Part shown: positions 48,951-58,203 of the stretch, one piece after another | Layout: the number at the start of each line of letters is the position of its first letter | Position numbering within the stretch: the stretch's first letter is position 1 | IMG/VR virus record: IMGVR_UViG_3300046008_000478 | Location: 15,246-79,245 of that record | Origin: a virus | Direction: 5' to 3' (one strand) | DNA: 64,000 bases | Program-made: the position numbers and the translations under genes | The notes under the pieces: model-generated | Databases searched by the model: none | Told to the model about the DNA's origin: nothing | Seen by the model: the letters and a program-made list of their open reading frames with translations, nothing else

Positions 48951-50338
48951 AAATCACCTCACAAGCTGGCTTGATAGTCGGCACCAATCTGACTATTGAT
49001 GAGCCGGGGCGCATCATCACGTTGAACGCCGGAGGCTCGTTGGTAGCCAAGGATGGCGTGTCATGGCAGGCGCTGTACTCCAAGCTGGTGAGCTTGTGGG
49101 CCACCTCCACTTACCAAGACAGTCCATTCCCCGCTTATGCGATTGATGCGTTGTCGGGCCAGTTCCAAATTGGTACAGACGGAAGTTCGTACAGTGGCTG
49201 GAAGTTTTCCGATGTGGACTCGGACGCAACCCGAAATATGCTGCGTGACGGTGGCTGGTCTGAATACTCTGCTGCGGGTGTTTTGCTTCAGCAGTACGCT
49301 GGCTTCATCGGCTTGGGTGGCATCACCCCAGCAACGACTGTGCAGCCGTACTACCACTTGGGTGCAACCGACGCGCCCATCAACTTCCCATTCACTGACC
49401 AGTTCAATGTGGGTGTGCGGGTGTTTGGCGATGCGTCACATGGCAGCTTGGATAAGCGCACCTACGCCAAAGCCTTTGCCCGTGAGTACGGCAAGAAGTT
49501 CAAATCCTCCATCTTGGCTGATACGGGTGCGACAGCTACCGGCGCGAACAAGGTCAACTTCTTGGTGTCCAATGAGGATGACTTGAAGATCACCGGCTTG
49601 CTGGGTGCTGTGCAGGCGACAGCGGATACCGCCATGTCTGGCGCTCCTTACTCTGGCATCACAGTGGCCTACTACACGCTGAACCAGACGCGCAGCATTG
49701 CAGGCACGAACCGCGACTTCAAGATCATCATCAACGGCAATAGCGGGACGCTGGAGCAGATTTATGCCAAGGTGCAGTACATGCTGCGCCAAGGGACTGA
49801 CATCAATACAGGCGGTACGGCTGGCACAAAGACGGGCAAGATTCAGGATGAGCTGCTCAAGTTCGTGGGCGACACCTTGGTCACTTCGCAATCCGTATTT
49901 ATTGACAACGTACTCTCCGCGGACAGCAACCGGGTTGAATTCTACGACGACACAAACACCCTACGGGTCAACAACTACACCGCATCCGGTGAGATGACGT
50001 TCAATGGGGTGCTGGTGGGTGCTGGATCGAGCTACCGCCTGATGTTCACCTCGCCAACGGGCGCAGGCAACGACTACGGTGAGGCTGGTGCTGTCACGGT
50101 CAACAACGCCGCAGGAACACCCATTACGGGAACCATCAGCGCAGCGTCCATCGCGTTCGACTTCGATTGGAATGGCAACGTGCAGGCTGGCTACTCTGGC
50201 GCTACCACGCGACCCGTCACCTTGATAGGGATTCGACCAGGCTACGGCAAGTTTGCAGTTGGCACAGGGACTATCACGCAGTCCAAGGGCATTAGCTTGT
50301 CATTGGTGGCTGAGCAAGACCGTGTTTACGCCGCATAA
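48947..50338 (+). CDS. Structural protein (cassette)
   Basis: QALYS.L..LW N-terminal domain; C-terminal DRVY. Confidence 0.7.
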   Translation: MKITSQAGLIVGTNLTIDEPGRIITLNAGGSLVAKDGVSWQALYSKLVSLWATSTYQDSPFPAYAIDALSGQFQIGTDGSSYSGWKFSDVDSDATRNMLRDGGWSEYSAAGVLLQQYAGFIGLGGITPATTVQPYYHLGATDAPINFPFTDQFNVGVRVFGDASHGSLDKRTYAKAFAREYGKKFKSSILADTGATATGANKVNFLVSNEDDLKITGLLGAVQATADTAMSGAPYSGITVAYYTLNQTRSIAGTNRDFKIIINGNSGTLEQIYAKVQYMLRQGTDINTGGTAGTKTGKIQDELLKFVGDTLVTSQSVFIDNVLSADSNRVEFYDDTNTLRVNNYTASGEMTFNGVLVGAGSSYRLMFTSPTGAGNDYGEAGAVTVNNAAGTPITGTISAASIAFDFDWNGNVQAGYSGATTRPVTLIGIRPGYGKFAVGTGTITQSKGISLSLVAEQDRVYAA

Positions 50339-50341
50339 CCC

Positions 50342-50848
50342 ATGCCCATCGCGTTCGACCCCGCTACGCAGCGCGTCATTCTTGACAGCGCCAGCGTAAC
50401 CGCGACCCAGATTTACAGCCGGTGGGCTGATTGGATTGCCACCGGAGACAACGCCAAGTACCTGCCAGCCTTCCGCACTGCCGGGGGTGATGACTTGGGT
50501 TCTGGCTTGTCCATCCCGCCTTACTACTTTTTGGCAAACGGCTGGAAGGTTCGCCCAATGGAGTCCAGCCACAACCTCACGATCACGGGAAACCTGTTTG
50601 TGGACGGCGGCGGGGTTCCAGTGGTATCCACCCTTGGGGTGTATCAGGTCAATGTGAACTACACCGTGCCTGTGCAGGCGCAGGGCATCAGCACCAGCGG
50701 ATCGAGTGGCCCAACAGCGACCGAGATCGCAGCGGCGGTTATCGCGGGCCTCATGGCTACCACCATCCCAGTGAATATGGCCAAGGTCAACGGGCAGGCG
50801 CTGGCGGGCGCGGGAACAGAAGCCAGCCCATGGGGGCCGGGGGCTTAA
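50342..50848 (+). CDS. Structural protein, paralogous N-domain to the upstream gene
   Basis: QIYSRW.DW; C-terminal VN..KVNG....G.GTE.SPW.P. Confidence 0.7.
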   Translation: MPIAFDPATQRVILDSASVTATQIYSRWADWIATGDNAKYLPAFRTAGGDDLGSGLSIPPYYFLANGWKVRPMESSHNLTITGNLFVDGGGVPVVSTLGVYQVNVNYTVPVQAQGISTSGSSGPTATEIAAAVIAGLMATTIPVNMAKVNGQALAGAGTEASPWGPGA

Positions 50849-51088
50849 ATGGCAAGCGCATGGGGTAAGAGCTGGGGCGCGGCGTTTGGCGTTGCATTCG
50901 GCCTGGCAGTCGCAACTCCACCAACTCCGGCCCCTGCAGCCCCGGTCGCGCAGATTGGTGGCGGCGGAACCTCGCTGGCAGACTGGGAGCGCGAGCTTGA
51001 CCTGCAGCGCCATAAACAGATTCAGGCAGAAGACGAAATTATTGTCACCGCGATTGCACAGATGATCGCCAACGGAGCATTCGGATGA
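50849..51088 (+). CDS. Small protein (WG.SWG..FG N-terminus, EDEII C-terminus)
   Basis: ATGA overlap with the next gene. Confidence 0.65.
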   Translation: MASAWGKSWGAAFGVAFGLAVATPPTPAPAAPVAQIGGGGTSLADWERELDLQRHKQIQAEDEIIVTAIAQMIANGAFG

Positions 51089-54000
51089 CCACAAAATGTA
51101 TGGAAATCGTCAACAAGATGGCGGACGAGGACCAGGATTCCTTGCTGGCTAAGCTTGAGCAGTACCAAAAGATTGGCGTGCCCGCGAGCAAAGCTCAGAA
51201 GATGGCTGCCAAGGACATGCTGGAGGAGCTCAAGGGTGAGCGCGCTGATTTCATGAAGGCCGTGGAGGAGCAGCACCCGGAGCCAGATCCAGTTGCATCC
51301 AGCGGCCAGTTCGATGCCTCGAACCCAGACATCCGCCACAGTACCCGCGAGGAGATCGCCGCCGGGGCCGACGCCATCAAGGCAATGTCCGATTCGGTGC
51401 GTGACAACCTGGAGCCGGCCAAGGCCCCGGGCGGGTGGCACGCCTATGTACTGTACGAGGCGCGCAAGATCCTGCCTAAGCCATCGGACAAGCTGAAGAA
51501 GCTGACCGAGCGAAACTCATTCATTGCGCACCAGGACAATGAGTACCTGGCCAACGTCGATGGCTCCTACTACGGCGTCAACAAGTGGGAAGATCCGGAT
51601 GCAACCGGGCACGAGGAGGATGGTAAGGAGCCATTCGTGTTTGCGTTCCACTCGCTTGAGGACGGTGGGTATAACACCACAAACTCAATGGAGAGTGACG
51701 TCGGTGAGTTGATGGCCGCTATTCGCAAGAGCAAGCAGGGGCTGAAGCTTAGCGCGCGAGATGACGGACTAAACTCGAACAAGTCCAAGTCTTTTGATGT
51801 AGTTGTAGACCGTGGCGACCCCGACACCAAGGCTGATGCTAATGTCCATGGCGCTGGCGCCGCTCGCGAACATCTCAGGGAGTCCTTGCATTCTTTCGGC
51901 AACCTTCTTGTGAGCGAGTGGGAGGAGGCTTCGGTACTTGAGGGCGGTGTAGATGGACTGGTGAGTGACGCCAAGCTGCTTTCCGATATACACAATGCTC
52001 CGACCTTCATTAAGCATGGCTACAGCGGACTCAATGCTCCACTTCAGAGGATGGTGCTCCATGCGGTGGGTCGAGCTCTCCATAATGGCGAGGTTCTCGA
52101 TGCTGTTGTTCAGTCTATCCCCGTCGATGTGGTGGACATCCTCTCCAGGGAGAAGCTTACGACCAATGGATTGCTCCATGACATATCGATGCTCAAGTGG
52201 GTTCAATCCGTCGACGGCAATTTGGCGGTATCCACCCTTATTGATGTGGCCGCCAGTGCGGTATCCGGCGTTCCTGCACTCGAACGAGCAAAAAGTTCTG
52301 GCGCCAGGCTTGATGAGGGATCGGTATTTTTGAAAAATAATTCCGCAGGTGATGCAAGTGCAGGTGACTTTGGTGGACATGTTTTTGATTCCAGTGATGT
52401 TGAGTATTCCATGCGGAGCGGGACTTCTACATGGGATATGTATGAAAACACAGTTTTCGACAATGTTATCTACAAATTACAGAATCGTCAAATCGATGTG
52501 AAGCGCGTCATCGAGTCCATTGCCAAATTCACAGGCAAAGTCGCGGATGACCTGAATGTCTACCTGCAAGAGGAGTTGTTCCATGGCCGGGCCGCCAAGC
52601 GCGTAACGGACTTTGCCCGCATGGAACTGCAGCCGATGATCGAAGCCATCCGCAAGGCCGGCTACGAGCTCTCCGATGTGGAGGAATACCTGCACGCGCG
52701 CCACGCCAAAGAGGCCAATGCGGTTATCGCAACCCGCAACCCTGGAGATCCAGGCATGGCGGACGGTGGATCCGGCATGACCAACCAGGCGGCCGACGAT
52801 TACATGGCCAACCTGACTCCAGAGAATGCCCGCAAGCTGGGCGCCATTGCAGCCCAGGTTGACGCAATCACCAACACGACCCGCCAGATGTATGTGGACT
52901 ATGGCCTGGAGTCGCAAGACACGGTAGATAGCTGGAAGAGTTTGTTCCAGCACTACATCCCGCTGCAGCGCGAAGACAAGGATGGCAAGGGCGGAATGGG
53001 CATCGGCCAGGGCTTTAGCGTCAAGGGCAAAGAAACCCGCGGGCGCACCGGATCCAAGCGCAAGGTGGTGGATATCCTGGCCAACATTGCCATGCAGCGC
53101 GAGCGGCTGGTGGTGCGTGGCGAGAAGAACCGTGTCTCCAATGCATTGGTGGGCCTGGCCATTGCCAACCCCAACCCAGAGTTTTGGAGCGTTGGCTCGC
53201 CCCCGACTGAGCGGGTGTACGACCCCAAGACTGATACCGTGGTGGATCGGGTGGACCCTATGTTCAAGAGCCGCGAGAACGTCATGGTGGCCAAGGTGCT
53301 ACAGCCAGACGGGTCCGTCAAAGAGGTGGCTGTGATCTTCAACGAAGATGATGCGCGCGCGGTGCGCATGGCTGCAGCCCTGAAGAACCTGGATGCCGGC
53401 GACCTGGAGGGGCTCTGGGGTGTGAGCGCCAAAATCACGCGCTACTTCTCCGCCATCAACACCCAGTACAACCCAGTGTTCGGTGTTGTCAACTTGATCC
53501 GCGACGTGCAGGCGGCACTGATTAACCTGGACACCACCGTCTTGGCCAACAAGAAGGGGCGCATCGCCAAGGATACTGCGTCAGCACTGGCCGGCATCTA
53601 CCAGGATATGCGCGCCGAGCGTAAGGGTCAGCACCCAACTTCCAGGTGGTCCGTTCTATGGGAGGAGTTCCAGCACGAAGGTGGGCAGACCGGCTTCCGC
53701 CAGATGTTCGCAACTAGCGCCGACCGGGCGGACGAGCTCAAAGGAATTCTCAACCCTGACGCCTGGATGGATAGCAAGCTGGGCAAGATCTTCACCGCCA
53801 ACGGCGCACTGCGCGTACCGCTATCTAAAGCCAAAGAGGGCGCGGCCGTGATCTTTGATTGGCTGAGCGACTACAACGAATCGATGGAGAATGCGGTGCG
53901 CTTGGCATCTTACAAGGCAGCCACCGACCAGGGCATGAGCAAGCAAGAGGCCGCCAGCCTGGCCAAGAACCTGACCGTAAACTTCAACCGCAAAGGGCAG

Positions 54001-55122
54001 ATCGGCCAGCAGGCAGGCGCCGTTTACGCCTTCTTCAACGCAGCCATGCAGGGCACAGCCAGGATTGGCCAGACGTTGTTCACCATGGAAGGCGGAAATT
54101 ACAAGACCATGCGCCTGAGCTCCACCGGCAAGAAGGTGGTCTACGGCGGCATGCTGCTTGGCACCATGCAGGCCTTGGCGCTGGCGGCTGCGGGGTTTGG
54201 GGATGACGACCCGCCCGAGTTCCTGCGCGCGCGTAGCTTGATTATCCCAACGGGTGGCAAGACGTACATCAGCATCCCAATGCCGCTTGGCCTAAACGTC
54301 CTGCCAGGCATTGGGCGAAGCTTGACGGAGTTTGCACTGGGCGGGTTCCAGGCGCCGACCAAGCGCGCTATCGGGCTGTTCAGCCTGTTCGCTGACAACT
54401 TCAACCCGATCGGCAATGCAGGCGTCTCGATGCAGACCCTTACCCCAACCGTGTTCGATCCTCTGGTGGCCATCACTGAGAACCGGGACTTCACCGGCAA
54501 GCCGATTGCCCGGGTATCCAGCAACAAGGCGGTCCCCGGGTACACCCAGTACAAGGACAGCGCCACCGTGGTTGGAAAGCTGATTGCTGAAGCCATCAAT
54601 GGCGCCACCGGTGGAAACGCCTATGTGGCCGGAGCCCTTAGCCCCACACCTGACCAGATCGATTACCTGCTGGGCCAGGTGACTGGCGGCGTTGGGCGCG
54701 AGCTATCAAAGGTTGAGCAGACCACATTGAACCTTGCGCGCGGCGAGGACTTGCCGCTGTACAAGATCCCTCTGGTTGGTAGGTTCGTTGGCAACTCAGC
54801 CAGCCAGGCCAGCCAGGGTGGCCAGTTCTACGCCAACGCCCAAAGGCTCAACGAGCTGGAGACTGAGGTCAAAGGCATGATCAAGGACGGCAAGCGCGAG
54901 GAGGCTGGCGCCGTAATGAAAGAGCATCCAGAGGCCTACCTGATTGCCCAAGCCAATTCGGCTGAGCGCCAGGTGCAGCGCCTGAAGCGTGAGAAGCGGA
55001 TGATTGTAGAGAGTGGCGCAAGCCGTGAAGCGGTGGCCGCCAAGGAGGCTCAGATTACCCAGGTGATGACCCGGTTGAATCAATCCATGGAGCGGCTACG
55101 CGAAAAGAGCGCGGCCAATTGA
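51085..55122 (+). CDS. Giant ejection protein, part 3, with C-terminal LPD38-like domain
   Basis: HYIPL; N.IRD; TVNFNRKG...YAFFNA..QG; N.DF.GKPI; P.QIDYL. Confidence 0.85.
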   Translation: MTTKCMEIVNKMADEDQDSLLAKLEQYQKIGVPASKAQKMAAKDMLEELKGERADFMKAVEEQHPEPDPVASSGQFDASNPDIRHSTREEIAAGADAIKAMSDSVRDNLEPAKAPGGWHAYVLYEARKILPKPSDKLKKLTERNSFIAHQDNEYLANVDGSYYGVNKWEDPDATGHEEDGKEPFVFAFHSLEDGGYNTTNSMESDVGELMAAIRKSKQGLKLSARDDGLNSNKSKSFDVVVDRGDPDTKADANVHGAGAAREHLRESLHSFGNLLVSEWEEASVLEGGVDGLVSDAKLLSDIHNAPTFIKHGYSGLNAPLQRMVLHAVGRALHNGEVLDAVVQSIPVDVVDILSREKLTTNGLLHDISMLKWVQSVDGNLAVSTLIDVAASAVSGVPALERAKSSGARLDEGSVFLKNNSAGDASAGDFGGHVFDSSDVEYSMRSGTSTWDMYENTVFDNVIYKLQNRQIDVKRVIESIAKFTGKVADDLNVYLQEELFHGRAAKRVTDFARMELQPMIEAIRKAGYELSDVEEYLHARHAKEANAVIATRNPGDPGMADGGSGMTNQAADDYMANLTPENARKLGAIAAQVDAITNTTRQMYVDYGLESQDTVDSWKSLFQHYIPLQREDKDGKGGMGIGQGFSVKGKETRGRTGSKRKVVDILANIAMQRERLVVRGEKNRVSNALVGLAIANPNPEFWSVGSPPTERVYDPKTDTVVDRVDPMFKSRENVMVAKVLQPDGSVKEVAVIFNEDDARAVRMAAALKNLDAGDLEGLWGVSAKITRYFSAINTQYNPVFGVVNLIRDVQAALINLDTTVLANKKGRIAKDTASALAGIYQDMRAERKGQHPTSRWSVLWEEFQHEGGQTGFRQMFATSADRADELKGILNPDAWMDSKLGKIFTANGALRVPLSKAKEGAAVIFDWLSDYNESMENAVRLASYKAATDQGMSKQEAASLAKNLTVNFNRKGQIGQQAGAVYAFFNAAMQGTARIGQTLFTMEGGNYKTMRLSSTGKKVVYGGMLLGTMQALALAAAGFGDDDPPEFLRARSLIIPTGGKTYISIPMPLGLNVLPGIGRSLTEFALGGFQAPTKRAIGLFSLFADNFNPIGNAGVSMQTLTPTVFDPLVAITENRDFTGKPIARVSSNKAVPGYTQYKDSATVVGKLIAEAINGATGGNAYVAGALSPTPDQIDYLLGQVTGGVGRELSKVEQTTLNLARGEDLPLYKIPLVGRFVGNSASQASQGGQFYANAQRLNELETEVKGMIKDGKREEAGAVMKEHPEAYLIAQANSAERQVQRLKREKRMIVESGASREAVAAKEAQITQVMTRLNQSMERLREKSAAN
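51769..52380 (-). CDS. HNH homing endonuclease (Zn finger, HNH, HTH) nested antisense in part 3
   Basis: EHRYVMEQ.IGR.L..GE.VHHIDGDRLNN.IENL; CxxC..CS..C; tandem HTHs. Confidence 0.9.
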   Translation of the reverse strand: MSTKVTCTCITCGIIFQKYRSLIKPGARTFCSFECRNAGYRTGGHINKGGYRQIAVDGLNPLEHRYVMEQSIGRKLLPGEDVHHIDGDRLNNSIENLAIMESSTHRMEHHPLKWSIESAVAMLNEGRSIVYIGKQLGVTHQSIYTALKYRSLLPLAHKKVAERMQGLPEMFASGASAMDISISLGVGVATVYNYIKRLGLVRV

Positions 55123-55254
55123 CCAGAGCACAACTCCAATGACCCAGACCCCCATAAGGATCCAGACCATCATGATGACAAGCTTGGTCAGCTCCCGAGG
55201 GGCGTAGCCCACAAAGCAGATGAACCCAAGAAAAGCCAGAGCCATGATTTCCAT
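55096..55254 (-). CDS. 52-aa two-TM membrane protein (possible superinfection exclusion)
   Basis: MEIMALAFLGFICFVG...; convergent with the ejection gene. Confidence 0.5.
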   Translation of the reverse strand: MEIMALAFLGFICFVGYAPRELTKLVIMMVWILMGVWVIGVVLWSIGRALFA

Positions 55255-55317
55255 GGCGCCATGGTATTTCCTTGGGAGCTCAAAGGCAACTGACAGCTTG
55301 TCACATTGATAAAATAT

Positions 55318-55506
55318 TTACGACCCATCGTCCCGGACGGAGAGGATCATCTCCGCCTCATCTGAAATCCTGCTGCATAGGGTTGAGATGCTTGGCGCTG
55401 ACGACGCCATGCACAGGCCGCAGGAGGCGCTAAGAACAAATGATTGGATGGTGGCGCAGTGCGTTGTTATTTGTGCTGCATGCGCCATGATGAGATCGAT
55501 CGCCAT
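55318..55506 (-). CDS. Small hypothetical protein
   Basis: RBS AGGGA upstream of ATG. Confidence 0.35.
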   Translation of the reverse strand: MAIDLIMAHAAQITTHCATIQSFVLSASCGLCMASSAPSISTLCSRISDEAEMILSVRDDGS

Positions 55507-55583
55507 ATTTTTCCCTGATTGTTTTACAGCCCCCCCCGTAGAAATTTCAGAGAGCTGGGCTGCAGCGATCTTGTAACAACTTG

Positions 55584-56648
55584 TTACATTTGATCGGCGG
55601 ATAAGCGGGCACTTTCCGCATCTGCGAATTCCGTCAGCCTTGTGACGACATCTTTGGCGGTGAGGTGCGTGTACCTCTTGAGCGTGGACCACGACTGATG
55701 GCCGCTGATCATGGCCACGCGAGGTATGTCCAACCCCTCCTCAAAGAGCCTACTGATGCCCTCATGACGAAGGTCATGGAGGTGGAGATCTTCAATGCCG
55801 ACCATTTGGCAGGCTCGGTAGATGGCCGTGCCCACGCTGGCGGGATTGTGCGGCATGATGTAGCCCGACTTTGTTGGCGGAAGCTGTTCAATGATCAGCC
55901 TAGCCTTTGGCGGGATTGGCACCACTTCGTTGCGTATCTTCGTTGGGTCTTTGGTGTCCCAAAGCTTGATGGACTCGCCAGTGTAGTCAACCCAGCGCAT
56001 GCCACTGAAAAGTTCGCTCCTGCGGCGTGGCAGGGTAATGGCCAGGTTCATGGCGGCCCGCATTGGGATTGTGGTTCCATCCAGTTTTTCGTGGTACTTG
56101 CAGATTAGGTCGACCTCGGCGTCAGATACGCGCCGCTCGCGCTCAATACTTTTGCCAGCAAGACCCAGCCTTGACAAATGCTTCACCGCATCAGCCACCT
56201 CCTGAATGTCCGCTTTGATATTCATCTCTGATCTCGCGGTGGAGTAGCAGGTGCGCAGCGTCATCAAGGCATGCAACACGGTGGCCGGGCTTCGCGTGGC
56301 GCTGTACTCCTTGGCCCACTCAACAATGTCGCCGGATGTGGCGCGCAGGATTGGAATCCTACCCATGCGGGATGCAATCAGATGGTTGAATGAGTTACTC
56401 AGCCCGCGCACATCCTTGTCAGCATCAACCAGCGCCTGGCGGTGCGTCTCAACGACGGTTGCTATCGTGGTCAAGGATGGCGAGTCAGCAAGAGTTCCTT
56501 TGGCGAAGGCCTCCTCCACCCCATACCCCCAGGCCTTAGCCTGTGGCTTGGTTTCAAACGTGGCGGTCTTTTCGTAGACAATGACGCCTTGCTGCTTGAT
56601 TCTGACCTGCGCTTGAAAGCGGCCATTGCGCTCGCGTATGGTTGGCAT
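55584..56648 (-). CDS. int: Tyrosine integrase (resembles the Rci-like/dusA-associated group)
   Basis: RRRSEL; HDLRHEG.SRLFE; SGH..W..LKRYTHL. Confidence 0.95.
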   Translation of the reverse strand: MPTIRERNGRFQAQVRIKQQGVIVYEKTATFETKPQAKAWGYGVEEAFAKGTLADSPSLTTIATVVETHRQALVDADKDVRGLSNSFNHLIASRMGRIPILRATSGDIVEWAKEYSATRSPATVLHALMTLRTCYSTARSEMNIKADIQEVADAVKHLSRLGLAGKSIERERRVSDAEVDLICKYHEKLDGTTIPMRAAMNLAITLPRRRSELFSGMRWVDYTGESIKLWDTKDPTKIRNEVVPIPPKARLIIEQLPPTKSGYIMPHNPASVGTAIYRACQMVGIEDLHLHDLRHEGISRLFEEGLDIPRVAMISGHQSWSTLKRYTHLTAKDVVTRLTEFADAESARLSADQM

Positions 56649-56660
56649 AGTGATTCTCCG

Positions 56661-56883
56661 GTGTGACAGAGCATTTTGTCACACCATTTGTCACACTTTT
56701 GAAGTTATTTATAGTGCCGAGTAGTGTGACAAAGTGCTGTATAAAACATCACCATGTTGCGCAAAGACCCAGTATTCATGAGTATTGTGGCGAATAGTGC
56801 TCAATCGTTAAAGATGGTAAATAGAATTATAGATTTGCAAGACGCCCTCTGACAGAAGGCTTTTGTCACACTTTTTGTCACAC
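56661..56883. promoter_or_regulatory. attP-like region with six TGTCACAC arm-type sites
   Basis: TGTCACAC at 56677, 56689, 56864, 56876; reverse complement at 56661, 56724. Confidence 0.7.
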
Positions 56884-57111
56884 CAATCCGGCCTGACGCA
56901 TCTTTGAGTTTAGCTTCCTGGCTTTCTCGAATTGCGACTGAATGAATGCATCCAGGTCCAGCTGGCGAATATAAAGCGGCCCCTTCCTTGTCCCGGAAAC
57001 CCTGAATGCCGGGACGGGCAGCATCCCCAAGGACGCCTTGCGCTGCGCAATTCTTTCTGTGATGCAGAAGTATTCCTCGCAGATGTCACTCAATAGAAGT
57101 AGTCCATTCAT
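56878..57111 (-). CDS. Excisionase-like / PrtN-family DNA-binding protein
   Basis: L.DIC..YF......RKA..G.LP.PAFR...S.K.P...DL..FI. Confidence 0.75.
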   Translation of the reverse strand: MNGLLLLSDICEEYFCITERIAQRKASLGMLPVPAFRVSGTRKGPLYIRQLDLDAFIQSQFEKARKLNSKMRQAGLV

Positions 57112-57139
57112 TTTTTCTCTCCTTGTTTCTTTAATCGCA

Positions 57140-57946
57140 TCAGACAGCGACCGGCGCCTTGATTGCCGGGTGGTGCTGGTAGTTGAGGAATTCCACATCG
57201 TTTAACCAGTAGTCAAAGATCGACTCAGCGTGGTTTAGCTTCAGCGTGCACAAGGGCTTTGGCTGCCGGCTCAACTGCAAGTTGACCTGGTCGAAGTGGT
57301 TCTTGTAGATGTGGCAATCCCCACCGGCCCAGATGAACTCACCGACACCGAGCCCGCACTGCTGGGCCACCATGTGGGTGAGCAGGGAGTAGCTGGCAAT
57401 ATTGAAGGGAGCGCCCAGGAACATGTCCGCGCTGCGTTGGTACAGCTGGCAGGACAGCTGGCCGTCGGCCACGTAGAACTGGAATAGAGCGTGGCACGGC
57501 GCCAGGGCCATCTCGTCAAGCTGCCCTACGTTCCAGGCGCTGACGATGTGGCGGCGGCTCTCGGGGTTGGCCTTAATGCTGCGAACCACATTTGTGATTT
57601 GGTCAATGGTGTTCCCATAAGGATCCGCCCATGATCGCCATTGCGCGCCGTAGATGGGGCCGAGCTCCCCGGTCACTGGGTCCGCCCATTCCGACCATAT
57701 CTTCACATTCTTGTCGCGCAGCACATTGTTGTTCGTGCTGCCGCTCAAGATCCACAGCAGCTCCTCAATCATGGGCCGGGTGTAAACCTGCTTCGTGGTG
57801 ATCAGTGGGAAGCCTTCATTCAGATTCCAGCGCATCTGCAGCCCGAACAAGCCGCGAGTCCCAGTGCCGGTGCGGTCGCCTCGGTCCACGCCCTGCTGCA
57901 TGATCTTGGTCAGGGTGCCTTCGTAGGTGTAGTCAATTTGGGTCAT
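57140..57946 (-). CDS. thyA: Thymidylate synthase
   Basis: [45 protein letters not shown]. Confidence 0.97.
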   Translation of the reverse strand: MTQIDYTYEGTLTKIMQQGVDRGDRTGTGTRGLFGLQMRWNLNEGFPLITTKQVYTRPMIEELLWILSGSTNNNVLRDKNVKIWSEWADPVTGELGPIYGAQWRSWADPYGNTIDQITNVVRSIKANPESRRHIVSAWNVGQLDEMALAPCHALFQFYVADGQLSCQLYQRSADMFLGAPFNIASYSLLTHMVAQQCGLGVGEFIWAGGDCHIYKNHFDQVNLQLSRQPKPLCTLKLNHAESIFDYWLNDVEFLNYQHHPAIKAPVAV

Positions 57947-58203
57947 GCTCGAATCCTCCATACCGTTGCTCGGTCTATCTTGTAAATTTTCGCGATTTGC
58001 ACATCAGTCATGCCGGCGGCATGGTAGGTCTTGATACGGCTGTCTCGCTGCCTCCTGGCGATCCCGCTTGCGCCCAGCTTCTTCAGTCTTGATCGAAGCC
58101 AGTCCGCCCCGCCCAACATATTGAATGCCTCAAAATCCGCATCTGACATGCGCACACCCCTCACGGAAAGCGGCTCGTCTGGCTTAGGTCTTGGCATTTG
58201 CAT
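57943..58203 (-). CDS. Small HTH DNA-binding protein
   Basis: MPRPK...GGADWLR; [16 protein letters not shown]. Confidence 0.65.
   Translation of the reverse strand: MQMPRPKPDEPLSVRGVRMSDADFEAFNMLGGADWLRSRLKKLGASGIARRQRDSRIKTYHAAGMTDVQIAKIYKIDRATVWRIRA

Noticed and set aside
42960-51100. Breaks in the giant gene as sequencing or assembly errors
   Set aside because: Each break holds complete, translationally coupled genes and patterned Cys termini
56661-56883. CRISPR array or dusA attachment core
   Set aside because: Repeats are 8 bp and irregular, and no APM.DWT dusA coding motif is present
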